Assembly (NCBI GenBank): GCA_951406725.2
Contig: OX597832.1
Location: 62,124,001 to 62,188,000, forward strand
Source of the DNA: Octopus vulgaris
Lineage: Eukaryota
Length of the DNA: 64,000 bases
Direction of reading: 5' to 3'
Positions 14,069-28,459 of the stretch are shown piece after piece. The notes beneath the pieces were generated by a model. The model searched no databases, was not told where the DNA came from, and saw only the letters and a program-made list of their open reading frames with translations. Position 1 is the stretch's first letter. The number at the start of each line of letters is the position of its first letter. A program made the position numbers and the translations under genes.

Positions 14069-14214
14069 CGCTCTCATAGATACATGCATTTATTTGTAGG
14101 CATGTAATTATGCACACAGCTAAACAGTCATACTTATAGATATATTTGTACACACACACAAGCACATGTTTTATGCAAACACACACGAACACTAGCACAC
14201 ACACACGAACACTA

Positions 14215-14248
<34 letters not shown>

Positions 14249-14599
14249 ATACACACGTATATACAGACATATATAGTACACGATGCTATTTATTACAATC
14301 GCTTCTTGTGGCCTTCTCTCATGCTGGGAATATCTTCCATCTCAAACACAAAGTTATCTTTTTGTTGACAACATGTCATAGACACAACGTTTTTGTTTTT
14401 TTGCTTTCATCATGTAATCCATGGACGGTTTTTTTTTTCACTAGTTGTTGTCTTCCCATCTCCCCTGGCTCATCAATCCACTTCGTAAGACGAAACTTTT
14501 CGGAACCTCATCGTAGGAAAATATAAGAAATTTGACAACATACATTAACAAACACAATACCGGACAAAAATTATCAGGAAGAAATATGTAACTTTCTTT

Positions 14600-14618
14600 G
14601 TACGTATGTAAATATATT

Positions 14619-14682
<64 letters not shown>

Positions 14683-14995
14683 TACGTGTATATATATATA
14701 CATGTGTGTGCGTGTCTATGCATGTATGTGTGTATATATATGTAAATATATACATATATATATTTATCTACAAATATACATACAATTATACATGCATATA
14801 CATAGACACACACACACACACCGTCTTAATAATACCAAAACTCTAGTATATACATAAAAATATGTGTGTATGTGTGTGCACCTGTATATGTACGCCTCTC
14901 TGTATGCTTACCCGTCTGTATATATAGATATACATATGTTATACATACATCTGTATATATATATATATTTATTTATATATATACATATATATATA

Positions 14996-15091
<96 letters not shown>

Positions 15092-15102
15092 TATATATAT
15101 AT

Positions 15103-15151
<49 letters not shown>

Positions 15152-16431
15152 AATAAATATATATGTTTATATACACAAACACATACACACACACGCACAC
15201 ACACATATATATATGAAGAGAGAGTGAAAAAGAAAAGTAGATACACAGCCACAGACAGTCCGACAAACAGACAAACTCAAATGGTGAGTGAGAGGGACAG
15301 AAGGAGAAAATATAAAGACGAAAACATAGGAGAGGAGGGTAAGCGGGGTGGGTATCAAGTGGGGGGAAATGTAAAAAGGGAGGGGAATCGGAATGGAGGT
15401 AGGGTGAGGTGATATATTGGAAAGGGGAAGTGATGTGATCGGTGGCGGCGTAGTGGTGGTTGGTGGCGGAGGGTGTTGGAGCTGAAATGTAATAAAAAAT
15501 CCGAGGAGGTATTTCATTTCTAATGATATAATGTTGACAAAGATGGCGCTGACAACACGGGTGTCACTTGCACGGCATTGGAAACAATGAGGACGATGAC
15601 AACAACTGCGACCACACCGGCGACGGCAACGACGAGGATGATGATGATGATGAGGAGGAGGAGGAGGAGGAGGAGGAGAAGGAGGAAGAAGAGAATATTG
15701 CAAATGACGATGGTCTTGATTATGTCTGATCATTAGCGTTATTGCCAATGGCGAATGGATGAGTCTGAGGAACATATTTTGAAACGGTCGATATATCAAT
15801 ATATCAATACCTCCAGCTCCACGCTGCCGCCTCTGTCGCTGGCTCCGGCGTCTCCCTCGGCATCACCATCGACATCATCGTACAACATCGTTATTACCTT
15901 CACCATTATCACCAGCATGCCCTCCTCCTTCTCCCCATCAACTTTAGCGTCGTCGTGGTTATTGTCATCATCGTCATCATCACCATCATCATTATCATCA
16001 CCATCATCATCACCACTATCAGCATCATCACCACCATCATCATCATCATCATTGTCATCAATAAAATCATCGTCCTCAACGTCATCATCATCATCATCAT
16101 CTTCACCATCATCATACATATCGAGATCGTGATCGCGATCATTTTCATCATCACCATCATTATCGTTGTGACCGTGATCGTCATCGTCATTATCGTTGTC
16201 ATCATCATCCCCCTCTTCCTTCTCCTCCTCCCCTCTTCCTCATCATCATGACAGTATACATCACCATCCTCACCAGCAGCAGTAGTATTACTGTGTCGCC
16301 TTCATTATACAAAATGATACATACGAAGTTTATGTTGCTGTTGATCACCTCCATATGTTAATCACCATAGCAACAGCTGCAATGATAATGAGGATGACAA
16401 GTGAAATGGTGACGATGATGATGATGCTGCT

Positions 16432-16474
<43 letters not shown>

Positions 16475-16674
16475 GTTATGATGATGGTGATGATGGTGAT
16501 GATGGTGATGATGGTGATGATGGTGATGATGGTGATGATGATGGTGATGATGATGATGATGATGATGATGATGGTGGTGATGATGATGATGATTACTCGG
16601 ATGGTAATGATGATGATGAGGAGGGGGAGGAAGGGATGATGAGGATGGGGATGATGTAGATGACGACGAAATGA

Positions 16675-16714
<40 letters not shown>

Positions 16715-17188
16715 GACAGTGATGATGATGATGATGGTGGTGATGATGACGGTGAAGATGAGAGGAGAGGGGTAGGAGGAAGGGGAGGAGATGATGATTT
16801 GGAGGACGAGGAGGAGTGCAACGAGAATGTGGACGAAGGTGAAGATAGCAATGATGGTTGATGGCGAAAGTTGAATAAGAGAACGCAGAAGAATGTAATG
16901 GCGATGACGATGATGAAGACGATTATGACGTGGACGATGTTATTTGAGATGATCAGTATTCTTTGTGACACGGCTCTTGTTTGACATTCTCGTTCTGGGA
17001 TTATCTCAGAATATGAAAGAATTCTAGAAATAACTGATGTTGTCACTACTTGTCATCCGTAGGAACAGGTTTTTTACCAAAACTTTTTCTCTTCTCATTT
17101 ATCTCATTCTATTTATTTGTTTACTTTATTTTATAGCTATATATATACTTCTCTTCTTTCTATCAATCAATATATCTATGTATGTATG

Positions 17189-17235
<47 letters not shown>

Positions 17236-17383
17236 TTATTTATCTATCTATCTATCTATCTACTTATATATCTATCTAAGTATCTCTTGCTGCCTATTTC
17301 CCACTCTTTCTCTGTCTCTCTTTCTCTTGCTATTTATACATCTATCATCTATCATCTATCATCTATCTATCTATCTATCTATA

Positions 17384-17449
<66 letters not shown>

Positions 17450-17625
17450 GCTATCTATCTATCTCTCGATCCGTCCATATATTTATCTATCTATCTATCT
17501 AATCTATCTATCTATTTATCTACATACGAGGTTGTGTGCGTTTTGAGTCTGTATTTGTCCTCCTCCAGCGCTTCACATCCGTCGTCGGTGTGTGCATGTG
17601 TGCACACATACATACATACATACAT

Positions 17626-17683
<58 letters not shown>

Positions 17684-17748
17684 ATACTGTTGTCAGTGGT
17701 GGTGGAGAATTACAAGCACAAACGCACACAGGCACACACACACGCACG

Positions 17749-17780
<32 letters not shown>

Positions 17781-17800
17781 TACACACACACAAACATGTC
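14600..17800. repeat. Compound (TA)n, (CAT)/(GAT)n, (TATC)n and (CA)n microsatellite block
   Basis: Direct inspection; the CAT-rich tract 15790-16280 flips to a GAT-rich tract 16380-16930. Confidence 0.9.
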
Positions 17801-18516
17801 ATAACTTCTTTCCGTTTCTGTCTACGAAATTCGCTCACCAGGCTGTAGTCAACGCCACGAAGTTTGACTGAAATTGGAACGATGTGGATGGAAAGTAAAC
17901 GTCTCGCCACACCCACGTCTTCGACCTATATACATAGGCAAATACATATGTGTGTGTGCGTGTGTGTGTGTGTGTGTGTATGTGTGTACGTATGTATATA
18001 ATACAAAATGCGATTAGAACGCAAAACATCCAGACAGTTACGTGATACAAATAAAGACAACAACACACCCAGATAGACGATACAAAGGAAACAAGGTCGG
18101 GTGATTCGGAGTTTTCTTTCCTTAGTTGAGTTCCAAATTATCTTTGCAATTTCGGCTGGTTATACTCGAGATTTCTCAAATCTGGCCAACCCCAAGGAAA
18201 AACTAAGCTAAGAGTATTAGATTCTTTGGAATAAAGCAGTGAATGTATATGAAAACACGGACGAAAAGAAACAGAGAATGTTACACAAATACAAATTACA
18301 GGACATAACAACAGGTGTCTTTCGACTAAGGACGAATTAAATTAAGGTAGCCTGTAGCCAGAATATCCAAAAGGCAGGTAAGGCTAGGTAAGTGCTATGG
18401 AAGGACCACTGTTAGACTTCTGGTTCAATAATTTTATGAGTCAGGAGTCTAACGCTGGTCGTGTGTATAGGTTGAATAAAATAAGACAAAGCCAAGGCAG
18501 TGTGAAATTTCTAAGG

Positions 18517-19107
18517 CATTTTATAAAGAATAGTCTTACAGCTGTTTCAGGGATATAAAATATATCCGATCAACAGAGACGATATGAGAGTGTTCAACAG
18601 AAGGAAATAGTAGAGTTCAATATAAAAAGTTATTTTGGAAAGGGAGATATAAAAGGAAATATGAGAACAATAATATATGCTGGTTGTCACAGATTCAGTT
18701 TCATTATTCAAGGAATGTGCTGTGTAGAATAGATAAAGAAGCTTCTCCTCGATGGTATTTAAATTCCGATAAGAGTTCATATTTTGTCATTGTAAATGGA
18801 TAGTGTGTAGCTATTAATTCCATGTGGTGTTCAACAAAATATGAACTCGTTTCGTTAATTACATTCCACGGACAAGAACCTTCTTTACCCATTCTACTCA
18901 GAACATTCCTTGGATAATGGAACTGCATCTGTGACATCCAACATATATTTTTTATTTTATTCTCATATTTCCCTTTATACTTCCTATATCTTACCCTTTC
19001 CAAAATAACTTCTTATATTGAATTCAACTATTTTCTATTTAACTCCCTCATATCGTTTCTTTATATCCCTGAAACAGCTGTAAGGCTACCTTTCTGTTTA
19101 TAAAATG
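18517..19107. repeat. ~600-bp diverged fold-back palindrome (pLTR-like)
   Basis: Outer arms 'cttacagctgtttcagggatataaa' / 'tttatatccctgaaacagctgtaag'; inner arms 'gagttcatattttgt' / 'acaaaatatgaactc'. Confidence 0.8.
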
Positions 19108-19125
19108 TCCTGTATTGTCTCATTC

Positions 19126-19208
<83 letters not shown>

Positions 19209-19332
19209 ATATATATATGTATGTATATATAAATATATATACATATATATATATATATATGTATATACATGTAGTTATATATGCATATGAGTATATATAT
19301 ATATATATATTATATGTACACACACACATGTA

Positions 19333-19475
19333 TACGAGGTATGATCAATAAGTAACCAGACTGTATCCCTCGTACCGAAGATACAGCAGACAGAGTAAAG
19401 TCGCTTGGTACAGATTGACATCAAACTTTGCTGAGCATTAAGTTTCAACGTTCTAGCTCACTTCCGCTGTTTGCA
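19333..19475 (+). mobile_element. Mariner-type terminal fragment
   Basis: Starts TA-CGAGGTATGATCAATAAGTAACCAGACT, resembling mariner TIRs; no partner TIR found. Confidence 0.4.
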
Positions 19476-19978
19476 ATAAACACCAATCTAAAGCTTTTGT
19501 TTACATCATCCACCTTCATAGATTTAAGCACTAATGTACATAATGCCAGAAGTTTGAAATATAACACGGAATCTCTGAGACCTCATAGGAGGAACAAGAT
19601 ATGTTTCAGAGAGGATTTAACGAGGAAAGAACCAAGCAAATAGACGAGTATTATATGAAAGTCTTTACGGCGTGCATCTTCAAAAGCAAAGACGACTCAG
19701 ATTTTTTGACAAGTTTTGTAGACAGCAGAGATTAAACATGCAAATAGGTTGAGTCAATCTCATTGCTATCTTTTTTTTTTTACTATTCTCGCTGTTATGT
19801 GTTGTGTGTCTATCAGTTTTACTTTTCGTTGTTTGACGATTGTTCGATAATTTTTGACAGGCTGAGATATAGAAACGAAAAACCAACGATTTAACAAAAT
19901 AAACGAACGCAATGGATATGAGAGTATCACAGAAAATATCACACCACAACGAACTAAACCGAGAGCTCTGAGAAGTGA

Positions 19979-20051
<73 letters not shown>

Positions 20052-20055
20052 TTAG

Positions 20056-20661
20056 CCAGTCCTGGCTAAGAAGGAATATATTCATAGACACGACAAAGTT
20101 GGGACCTACATATACTGGAACGTATGCCAACACTATGGAATAACAAAAGAAAAAAGATGGTATAGACACACACCAGAAAAGGTCACAGAAAACGAGAAAG
20201 CAACCATACTCTGGGATATGCCAATACATACAGAGAAATTAAGGCCAATAGCCCAGATATAGTTGTCAGGGATCACGAAAAGAAAATGCTTTCTAATTGA
20301 TGTATCAATACCAGCTGATGACAACGTTTCTCTGAAAGAAATGGAGAAACTTTCAAAATACAAAAACCTAGAAATAGAGGTAACTCGAATGTAGAATCTA
20401 AAAACAGAAACAATTCCTATCATAGTAGGTGCATTAGGTATGATAAAAAATATTCAGACAAATACATAACAAAAACACCAGGACTTACAAATATATATAA
20501 CATACAGAAAATTGCACTACTGGGCACTGCACACATCCTACACAAAACAGTTTTAAGACAGTAACCATAAGAGCATCATAGCAAACCACAGCATATACCC
20601 AAGGCACACAGAGCTGCGCTCGACAGTGAAGTGGAAGCACGCTATAAAAATACAACTACTG
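20056..20661 (+). mobile_element. R4/Dong-type non-LTR retrotransposon 3' end (restriction-like endonuclease), inserted in (TAA)n
   Basis: Manual translation across frameshifts: EYIHRHDKVG..WY.HTPEKV.ENEKATILWD..ANSPDIVV..LIDVSIP..EKLSKY..IPIIVGALG. Flanked on both sides by (TAA)n. Confidence 0.9.
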
Positions 20662-20673
20662 AATATTAATAAC

Positions 20674-20806
<133 letters not shown>

Positions 20807-21198
20807 GTAATAATAATAATAATAATGATGATGATGATGATGATGATGATGATAATAATAATAATAATGATGATGATGAAGATGATGATGATGGACTCTC
20901 CCGCCGAAGAGCTTTCAGCTTTTGCCAAATGACATTCACACATGATTTGTTTTATAGTGATCAAATGTGTCGTACGTTAGTTCACTCTTTCCACAAAACA
21001 GGGGTCACGGCGTACCACGCGTCATGTGTCAAAGTGATTACAGAGCAGCGTGAGATCACGTTTTAACACAACGCACCACCTGGTCTATGAATTGTAACCA
21101 CGATCCCGTGATCGGGAGTTCGGCACAGTGACCACTAGGCTCTTCACTAGGAGCAGCAGGGGTGATTAGAAAGGGAGAGGATGATGATGGTGATGAAA

Positions 21199-21405
21199 TC
21201 GATTACATCGAACCCAGTGTGTAACTGGTACTTAATTTATCGACCCCGAAAAGATGAAAGGCGAGGTCGACTTTGCCTTTCATCCTTTCGATGTCGATAA
21301 ATTAAGTACCAGTTACATACTGGGTTCAATGTAATCGACTTAATACCTATATCTGTCCTTGTTTGTCCCCTCTGTGTTTAGCCCCTTGTGGGTAATAAAG
21401 AAATA
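21199..21405. mobile_element. Head-to-head fused SINE family A halves forming a palindrome
   Basis: 21199-21338 is largely self-complementary around gtcgac (21266-21271); the plus-strand SINE tail continues to ~21405. Confidence 0.8.
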
Positions 21406-21767
21406 TATGATAACAATAAAGCCAATAAAATAACTCAAATGGCGGATGTGCAAAACGATGAGGAAATTTATAAGAACGAATGGAAGAAGAATGTAAAAAT
21501 AAGAGAAATAGTCCTTTCGACTTTTGGCACAAGGCCTGGATTTTGTGGAGGGCGGGGATTACAGAAACTCCAGTATTTGACTGGTACTTAATGTATCCTT
21601 TGCTATTCTTTTCTACTCTTGGCACAAGACCTGAAATTTCTGGAGGGGAGGGGGCTAGTCGATTAGATCGATCCCAGTATATATGTATGTATGTATACAT
21701 GTATGTATGTATGTGTGCATGAGCCTCTGTCTCTCTTTCTATCTTTCAATCTTTCTATTTATCTATC

Positions 21768-21822
<55 letters not shown>

Positions 21823-21828
21823 AATCTA

Positions 21829-21860
<32 letters not shown>

Positions 21861-21931
21861 TCTATTTTTTGTCTATCTATCTATCTAACACACACACGCA
21901 CGCGCATACACATATACCCTCCCATATACAT

Positions 21932-21963
<32 letters not shown>

Positions 21964-21966
21964 GGA

Positions 21967-22010
<44 letters not shown>

Positions 22011-22584
22011 ATGTACACACATATTTTATGCACAATTTACCGAAGAGCATTCTAATGTTCTAATGTCAAATGTTGTCATTGATGCGGTCTCTGGAAACAA
22101 CAAGCTTCTTATCCCAAGCTAATAAGCACTGCTGCACCGACGCCATTAAACGCTATCCTCATACATGTCTAGGAGTGTGCGCGTTAGTATTACACGACAC
22201 ACATGCACACACACACACATATTATACATACATACGCTCACACGCACTCATATATATGTATGTATATATATATATGTGCATAGATATCGTATATACTTTA
22301 TATTTATGTATGTATATTCCACGCCATGTTTTCAAACAACAGACATTGAAACCAATATATCACTTGATGTTTTTTCATGAATAAATATACAGCTTTTGAC
22401 GTGTTTCTAACTGTTGTTTCTCCTGTAGCATTTAACTAAAGCATCTTCTGGATATTGGAGAGGTTTTCTCGATTTCACTTAGTTATATTGTTCTTGATAT
22501 CTTCACCATCATTACCGGCATCGTTCATCATCATCATCGGTGGTTATATGTTTTTGTATTTTCATTATTATTAGTGTTATAATG

Positions 22585-23230
22585 CGGCCAGCTAGCAGAA
22601 CCGACTGCACGTCGGGTGAAATGCTTAGCAGTATTTCATTTGCAGCTAAGTTCTGAGTTCAACTTCCGCCGAGGTCCACTTTGGCTTTCATCCTTTTGGG
22701 GTTGATGAAATAATTACCAGATCCCACAAAATTTTCAAGGCCTTGTCTCTGGAGTAGAAATAATGATGATGATAATAATAATAATAATAATTACAATTAT
22801 TATTATCATTATTATTATTATTAAGGCGGCGAGCTGGCAGAAACGTTAGCACGCTAGTCGAAATGCTTAGCGGTACTTCGTCTGTCTTTACATTCTGTGT
22901 TCAAATTCCGTCCAGGCCGACTTTACTTTTCATTCTTTCCATAAATAATACCAGTTGTGGAGTCGATAAATAAGTACCAGTTACGTACTGGGGTCGGTCT
23001 AATCGACTGACTTCCTCCCACCAAAGTTTCGGACCTTGTGCCTAGAGTAGAAAAGAACATTGTAGTGAAGGCGTGTAGATTAATGGTTCGGGTATTGGAC
23101 TAAAGATCCTAAATTGGCGATTTCAATACCCGTCGGCCACGTTGTGTCCTTGAGCGTGTTAGGGTTGCGAAGCAAGCTTCTTACCACACAGCCACGCAGG
23201 AGCCTATATGTATAGGTATATATACATACA

Positions 23231-23279
<49 letters not shown>

Positions 23280-23524
23280 GTATTTATAAACATATGATTA
23301 TTTATTTGCAGATACATACATGACTCAAACACGCGAGTATGCACACACACAAACACACACGCGCGCGCGAGAGAGTATCAATTCGCGATGAGGTGCATGA
23401 GAAGAGAACATTTCTCCTTCATATTGTTTTCCAAAATACTTTCACACGTAAAATTTAAAAAACCCATATATATATACATGCATACACACAGACATACACA
23501 AACACACACACACACACACACACA

Positions 23525-23569
<45 letters not shown>

Positions 23570-24810
23570 ATACGTACATATATACATACACTTACATACA
23601 TACATATACATACATACGAATAATATTAACACGCACACACATTTATCTATATACAAAAACAAACTAACGCACGCCAATAGATAACTGCATCCGCACCTAC
23701 ACACACGTACACACACACACACACAGAGTCACATATACACCTATGCATAGATGGATGTCATAAGGTTAGGTACACACTGGATTGTTTATTCCCTAGAAAC
23801 TGCAAGTTCTTATCGCCATTTTTCCTGATTTATTACCCATCAAAATCTATGACGGTTTCGTGGTCAGCAACAGTCACCTCGTGTAACCTCATTCAGTCAC
23901 AGGTGGCTCTTCATACATATAAATATATCCGCGATACTCACATGGTTTCACGTTGGTAGGAGTGAAACAGCAGCCATGGTGTATGTTTAGCAATTGGGAT
24001 TGTTAATAATATTGCATATTCTTGTTTATTGCTGTAATTGATGTTACTATTGTTGTTTTGTTATGCTATTGTTGTTGTTGGGGAGAGTTGCTATTTTCGT
24101 AATATACATCTGCTGCCGAAGATTTCTCAATAATTATGAATACAAAACGGCGAGCAGGCAGAAATGTTAGCACGCCGGGCGAAATGCTTATTGCTATTTT
24201 GTCTTTCTTTACGATCTGAGTTCAAAATTCCGCCGAGGTTCACTTTACCTTTCATCCTTTCGGGGTTGATAAATTAAGTACCAGTTACGCACTGAGATTA
24301 ATTTAATCGACTGGCCCTCTCCCCCAAAATTTCGGGCTTCGTGCCTAGAATAGAAAAGAATAATTATCAATACTAAAATGGCGAGCAGGCAGAAACATTA
24401 TAACTCCGGAGAAAATGCTTAGCGGCACTTCGTCTGTTTTTATGCCTTTCTATCGCGATCGACTTTGCTTCTCCCCATTTCTGAGTTGACGAAGTAGGTA
24501 CCAGTTGAAGACTAGGGTCGATATAATTAATTTACCTTTCCTCCGAAATTGGTAGCTTTGTACCAAAATCTTAAACTAATAAATATGAAACATATGGTGG
24601 TGACCTACCAGAAACATTATCATCCCGGGCAAAATGCTTAGCGGCACTTCGTCCGTTTTTACATCCTGTGTTCAATTTCCACTCAGATCAACATTGCCTT
24701 TTATTGTTTCAGGGTCAATAAAATAAGTACCAGTTGAACACTGGGGCGGGTAATCGACTTATCTCCTTGCTCGAATTTGCTGTCTTTGTTCCACGATTTG
24801 AAACCAACAA
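22585..24810 (+). mobile_element. Cluster of five same-orientation SINE family A copies (tRNA head + Meta/MESC-like core) at ~22585, 22825, 24148, 24379, 24596
   Basis: Each matches ggcgagctggcagaaacgttagcacgccgggcgaaatgc...gagttcaaattcc gccgaggtcgactttgcctttcatcctttcggggtcgataaattaagtaccag with varying decay. Confidence 0.85.
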
Positions 24811-25859
24811 TTATGAATGCTCCGTTGCTACTTCCTGCGGTATTGACTCGTGAATATCGAGTTGCAGTTGTTGTTATTGCTGTTGCGTTTCAGTCCTCAA
24901 TAAAACCACATTGAGCAGGCTTATTTTGAAATACATTCCAGTCATGCCCATCCTGCCTAGTTTTCTAAACTCAGACTCTAAACAGTCATCTTAAAGAATT
25001 TAGGATAATATATGATAATTTATGATAATAAAACTTCACATTTTCTAAAAGAGTTATCTGTCATTTAAGGATAAAGACAGATCGAAAGACCACGTCGAGG
25101 TGCCTCAACAATGGAAATGAAATTTCGTCCACTCGTAGTGGCACCATTGTAGTTAGGGGTAACCGGCTTGTAATCGTGAGGTCGTGAGTAAGACATGCGG
25201 TGTCGTGTTATGTCCTTGAGCGAGACACTTTATTTCAGCCGACAGAACTGAGTTGGACCCGCAATAGAAAGGAGTCGACCATATCACACTCTGTGTCATA
25301 CTGAATCTCCCTTAAAACTACGTTAAGGGTACGCCTATCTGTGGAGGTCTCAGCCACTTGCACATTAATTTCATGCGCAGGCTGTTCCGTTGATCGGATC
25401 AACTGGAGCCCTTATTGTCGCAAACGACGGAGTGTCAGTTGCACCACTGTTAGTCCTAGTGACAATAAAGGGGTTTGACAGATGTATTGATATTAATAAT
25501 CATAATTGATGGGGCCATTAATAGAAATTAGATCTCGTCAGACTGTTGTAGTTTGGCAAAAACGGTAGAATGCCAGATTAATTAGTTTCGCGATATTTGT
25601 TAGAAGGCTTTTTATGTCCTGATTGGGAAACAATCGATGTTGATTTTATCACTTGGGCATCTGGGGTCAATAAAATATGTAATATCGATATGTGCTGTTC
25701 CCATTTTATTTCCCTTTCGGGTTACGTTACGTTATTGTTCAATCTTGGACGATTCCAGGACATAAAAAATAATCAATCTCATAGGAGTTTTCTGGTCCCG
25801 TGTTCAGGGATTATGAGGGGAGTTGTGGAGGCTAAAAGGGTTGGATAAGGAAAAAGAGA

Positions 25860-27560
25860 GGTTGATGTTAGGGACGATGAGGAGTAGCAGGTGGAGGATG
25901 AGAAGGTAGTGGTGGTGGTGGAGGAAGAGGTGGAGGAAGATGACGACTACGACAACGACGATGATGATAATGATTTGATAATGACGAGGATAATGAGGAT
26001 GATGAAGTTGGTTACGATGGTGATGATGATGATGACGCCGACGACGACGACGGTGACGACGATGATGATGATGAAAGTTGTTGATGATGATGATGTTGAT
26101 GTTGTTGATGATGATAATAATGTTGATGATGAGGAGGAGGAAGAGGACGACGACGACAACATCGGCAATTACAATGATGACGACCAGAACAGCAACGAAG
26201 ACGACAACGACGATGACAGTGATGGTGACAGTCATGTTGATCAGGTGGAAGTAGAGGGAAGAGATGATGCAGAGAATGAGAATAATTTCATGCTGACGAC
26301 GATGACGACGATTATGATGATGATGATGGTGGTGGTGGGGATAATGATGATGGTGATGATGGTGGTGGTGGTGGTGATGATGATATTGATCATGATGATA
26401 ATAATGGTAGTGATAATGGTGATGATGGTGATGATGATGATGTTAATGATAATGATGATGATCATGACGATCATGATGACGATAATGGTGCTTATGTTGG
26501 TGATGATGGTGATGATGGTGATGATGATGATGATGATTATATTAATGATGACAATGATGATGTTGATCATCATAATGATGATAATGGTAGTGATGGTGGT
26601 AGTGGCAGAAGTCAGAGCGATAGCGTTGAAGAAGATATAGGACGACGGCGGTGAGAATGGTGGACATGGAGGTAGTAGTGGTTTTGGTGGTGGTGGTGTT
26701 GGCAAGCGTTTACGCTGATGAGTATCTGCTTTAGCTTTCTCCTGATCCAGACAATAGATTTCGGACTCATTGCGTGTGTCGTAATGCTTAATGAAAATGG
26801 ATGAGATCTTCCATTAAGATCTGATTGTGACATCTGCGCTGACCACCGTTACCACACTAATAACCATAGTGACCAACACCACCACCACCACTGCTATGGT
26901 CACATCACAAGAGTCACCATCACTATCAGAACAGCCACCACAACTACCACCACCACCACCACCATCGGCAGCAGCGCTACCATAACCACCAACACCGCCA
27001 CCACGACTACGAAGATGAAGAGGGCCTCCAGCCACCACCATCACCCCCACCACTACCATCACCACCACCGCCACCATGCTCAGCGCCTTCGTCTTATATT
27101 TTCTTCAACGTTATTGATTTGACTTCTACCACTACCACCATCACTACCACCACTACCATCATTAGCAACACCACTAAGACAACGTCACCCTATCCCCTCA
27201 CCATCGCCATCGTTATCACTGCGATGATTATGATGATGATGATCACCACCACTTCCAACACCACCACCATTATCATCATCATCATGAACATCATGAACAT
27301 CATGAACATCATCATCATCACCATCATCACCACCATCATGATTCCCATCATGATCATCATCATCATCATCACCATCATCACCACCATCATGATCATCATC
27401 AACATCATCATCATCATATCATCATCATCATCATCATAATCATCATCATTACCATCATCCCCACCATCATCCCCACCATCAACATCATCATCATGAACAT
27501 CATCACCCCCACCGCCAGCACCACCGCCATGATGACGACGAGGAAGATGGGGGAGGCAGT
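25860..27560. repeat. GAT/GGT-rich tract facing a CAT/CAC-rich tract (inverted low-complexity arms)
   Basis: The non-repetitive segment 26591-26664 is the diverged reverse complement of 27071-27144. Confidence 0.8.
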
Positions 27561-27844
27561 AGAAGGGGAGGAGGATCGTCTTATGGTGCATGCAATTTCT
27601 ATTAGATTTTTCTGTTGTTGTCGTCGTCGTCGTCGTCGTGGTAATCGTTGCTGCTGCTGTTGCCGCTGTTGCTGCTGCTGCTGTTTGGAATTATTGCTGA
27701 TGATGTTTTATAGCGATTGACTTGGTGATAGTGATAAGATTGTTGCTGTCGTTGCTGTTGATGCCAGTGGCAGCGACAGTGGTGATGATTGTGGTGGTGG
27801 TGGTGGTGGTTTTGGTATTGGCAGTGGTGGTAATTCTAATGATG

Positions 27845-28061
27845 TATTTCACTACTGGCCTCAAGGGGCTAAACACAGAGGGGACAAACGGATTATGTCG
27901 ATTACATCGACCCCAGGGCGTAACTGGTACTTAATTTATCGACGCCGAAAGGATGAAAGGCAAAGTCGACCTCGGCGGAATTTGAACTCAGAACGTAACG
28001 GCAGACGAAATACGGCTACGCATTTCGCCCGGCTTGCTAACGTTTCTGCCAGCTCGCCGCC
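27845..28061 (-). mobile_element. SINE family A, well-preserved full-length copy
   Basis: Minus strand ggcggcgagctggcagaaacgttagc...gagttcaaattccgccgaggtcgactttgcctttcatcc...; further copies at ~31130-31344 (-), ~37985-38105 (-), ~41436-41685 and ~50215-50410. Confidence 0.9.
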
Positions 28062-28459
28062 TTGCGTGATGATGGTGATGGTTGTGGTTGTGATATTAGT
28101 GGTAGTGCTGGTGTGATGGTGGTGATAGTGGTGGTGGTGGTGGTGCCAGAGACAGTGGTGATATTTGTGGAGGATGCCACATTCACATCTCGACGCTTCT
28201 GAGTTCTTAATTGGAAGACTGAATGGGCATCATCGTCCCTTTTGCAAGTATTTGGATAGGGTCTCCGATTTGAGAACAACTACCTCTCTTCCTCAGTCAA
28301 TCTTGAAATAGACACAATATCACGGGCGCCGATATTAACTCCAGAGAAATCGGTAAAACATGAAAAAACGCTTTAAAGTTTACCTGCAATCAGTCGCTGT
28401 CCTATGACGTGGAGGTTTCATCGGTGAATCACCAAACATTCTTGAATCCATTTTAATTA

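Noticed and set aside
23935-24030. Possible minus-strand exon ending at a GTGAGT donor
   Set aside because: No polypyrimidine acceptor, no recognisable peptide and no partner exons
25891-26640. 249-aa acidic/Met-rich ORF
   Set aside because: Product of GAT/GAC/GGT triplet arrays that belong to an inverted low-complexity structure
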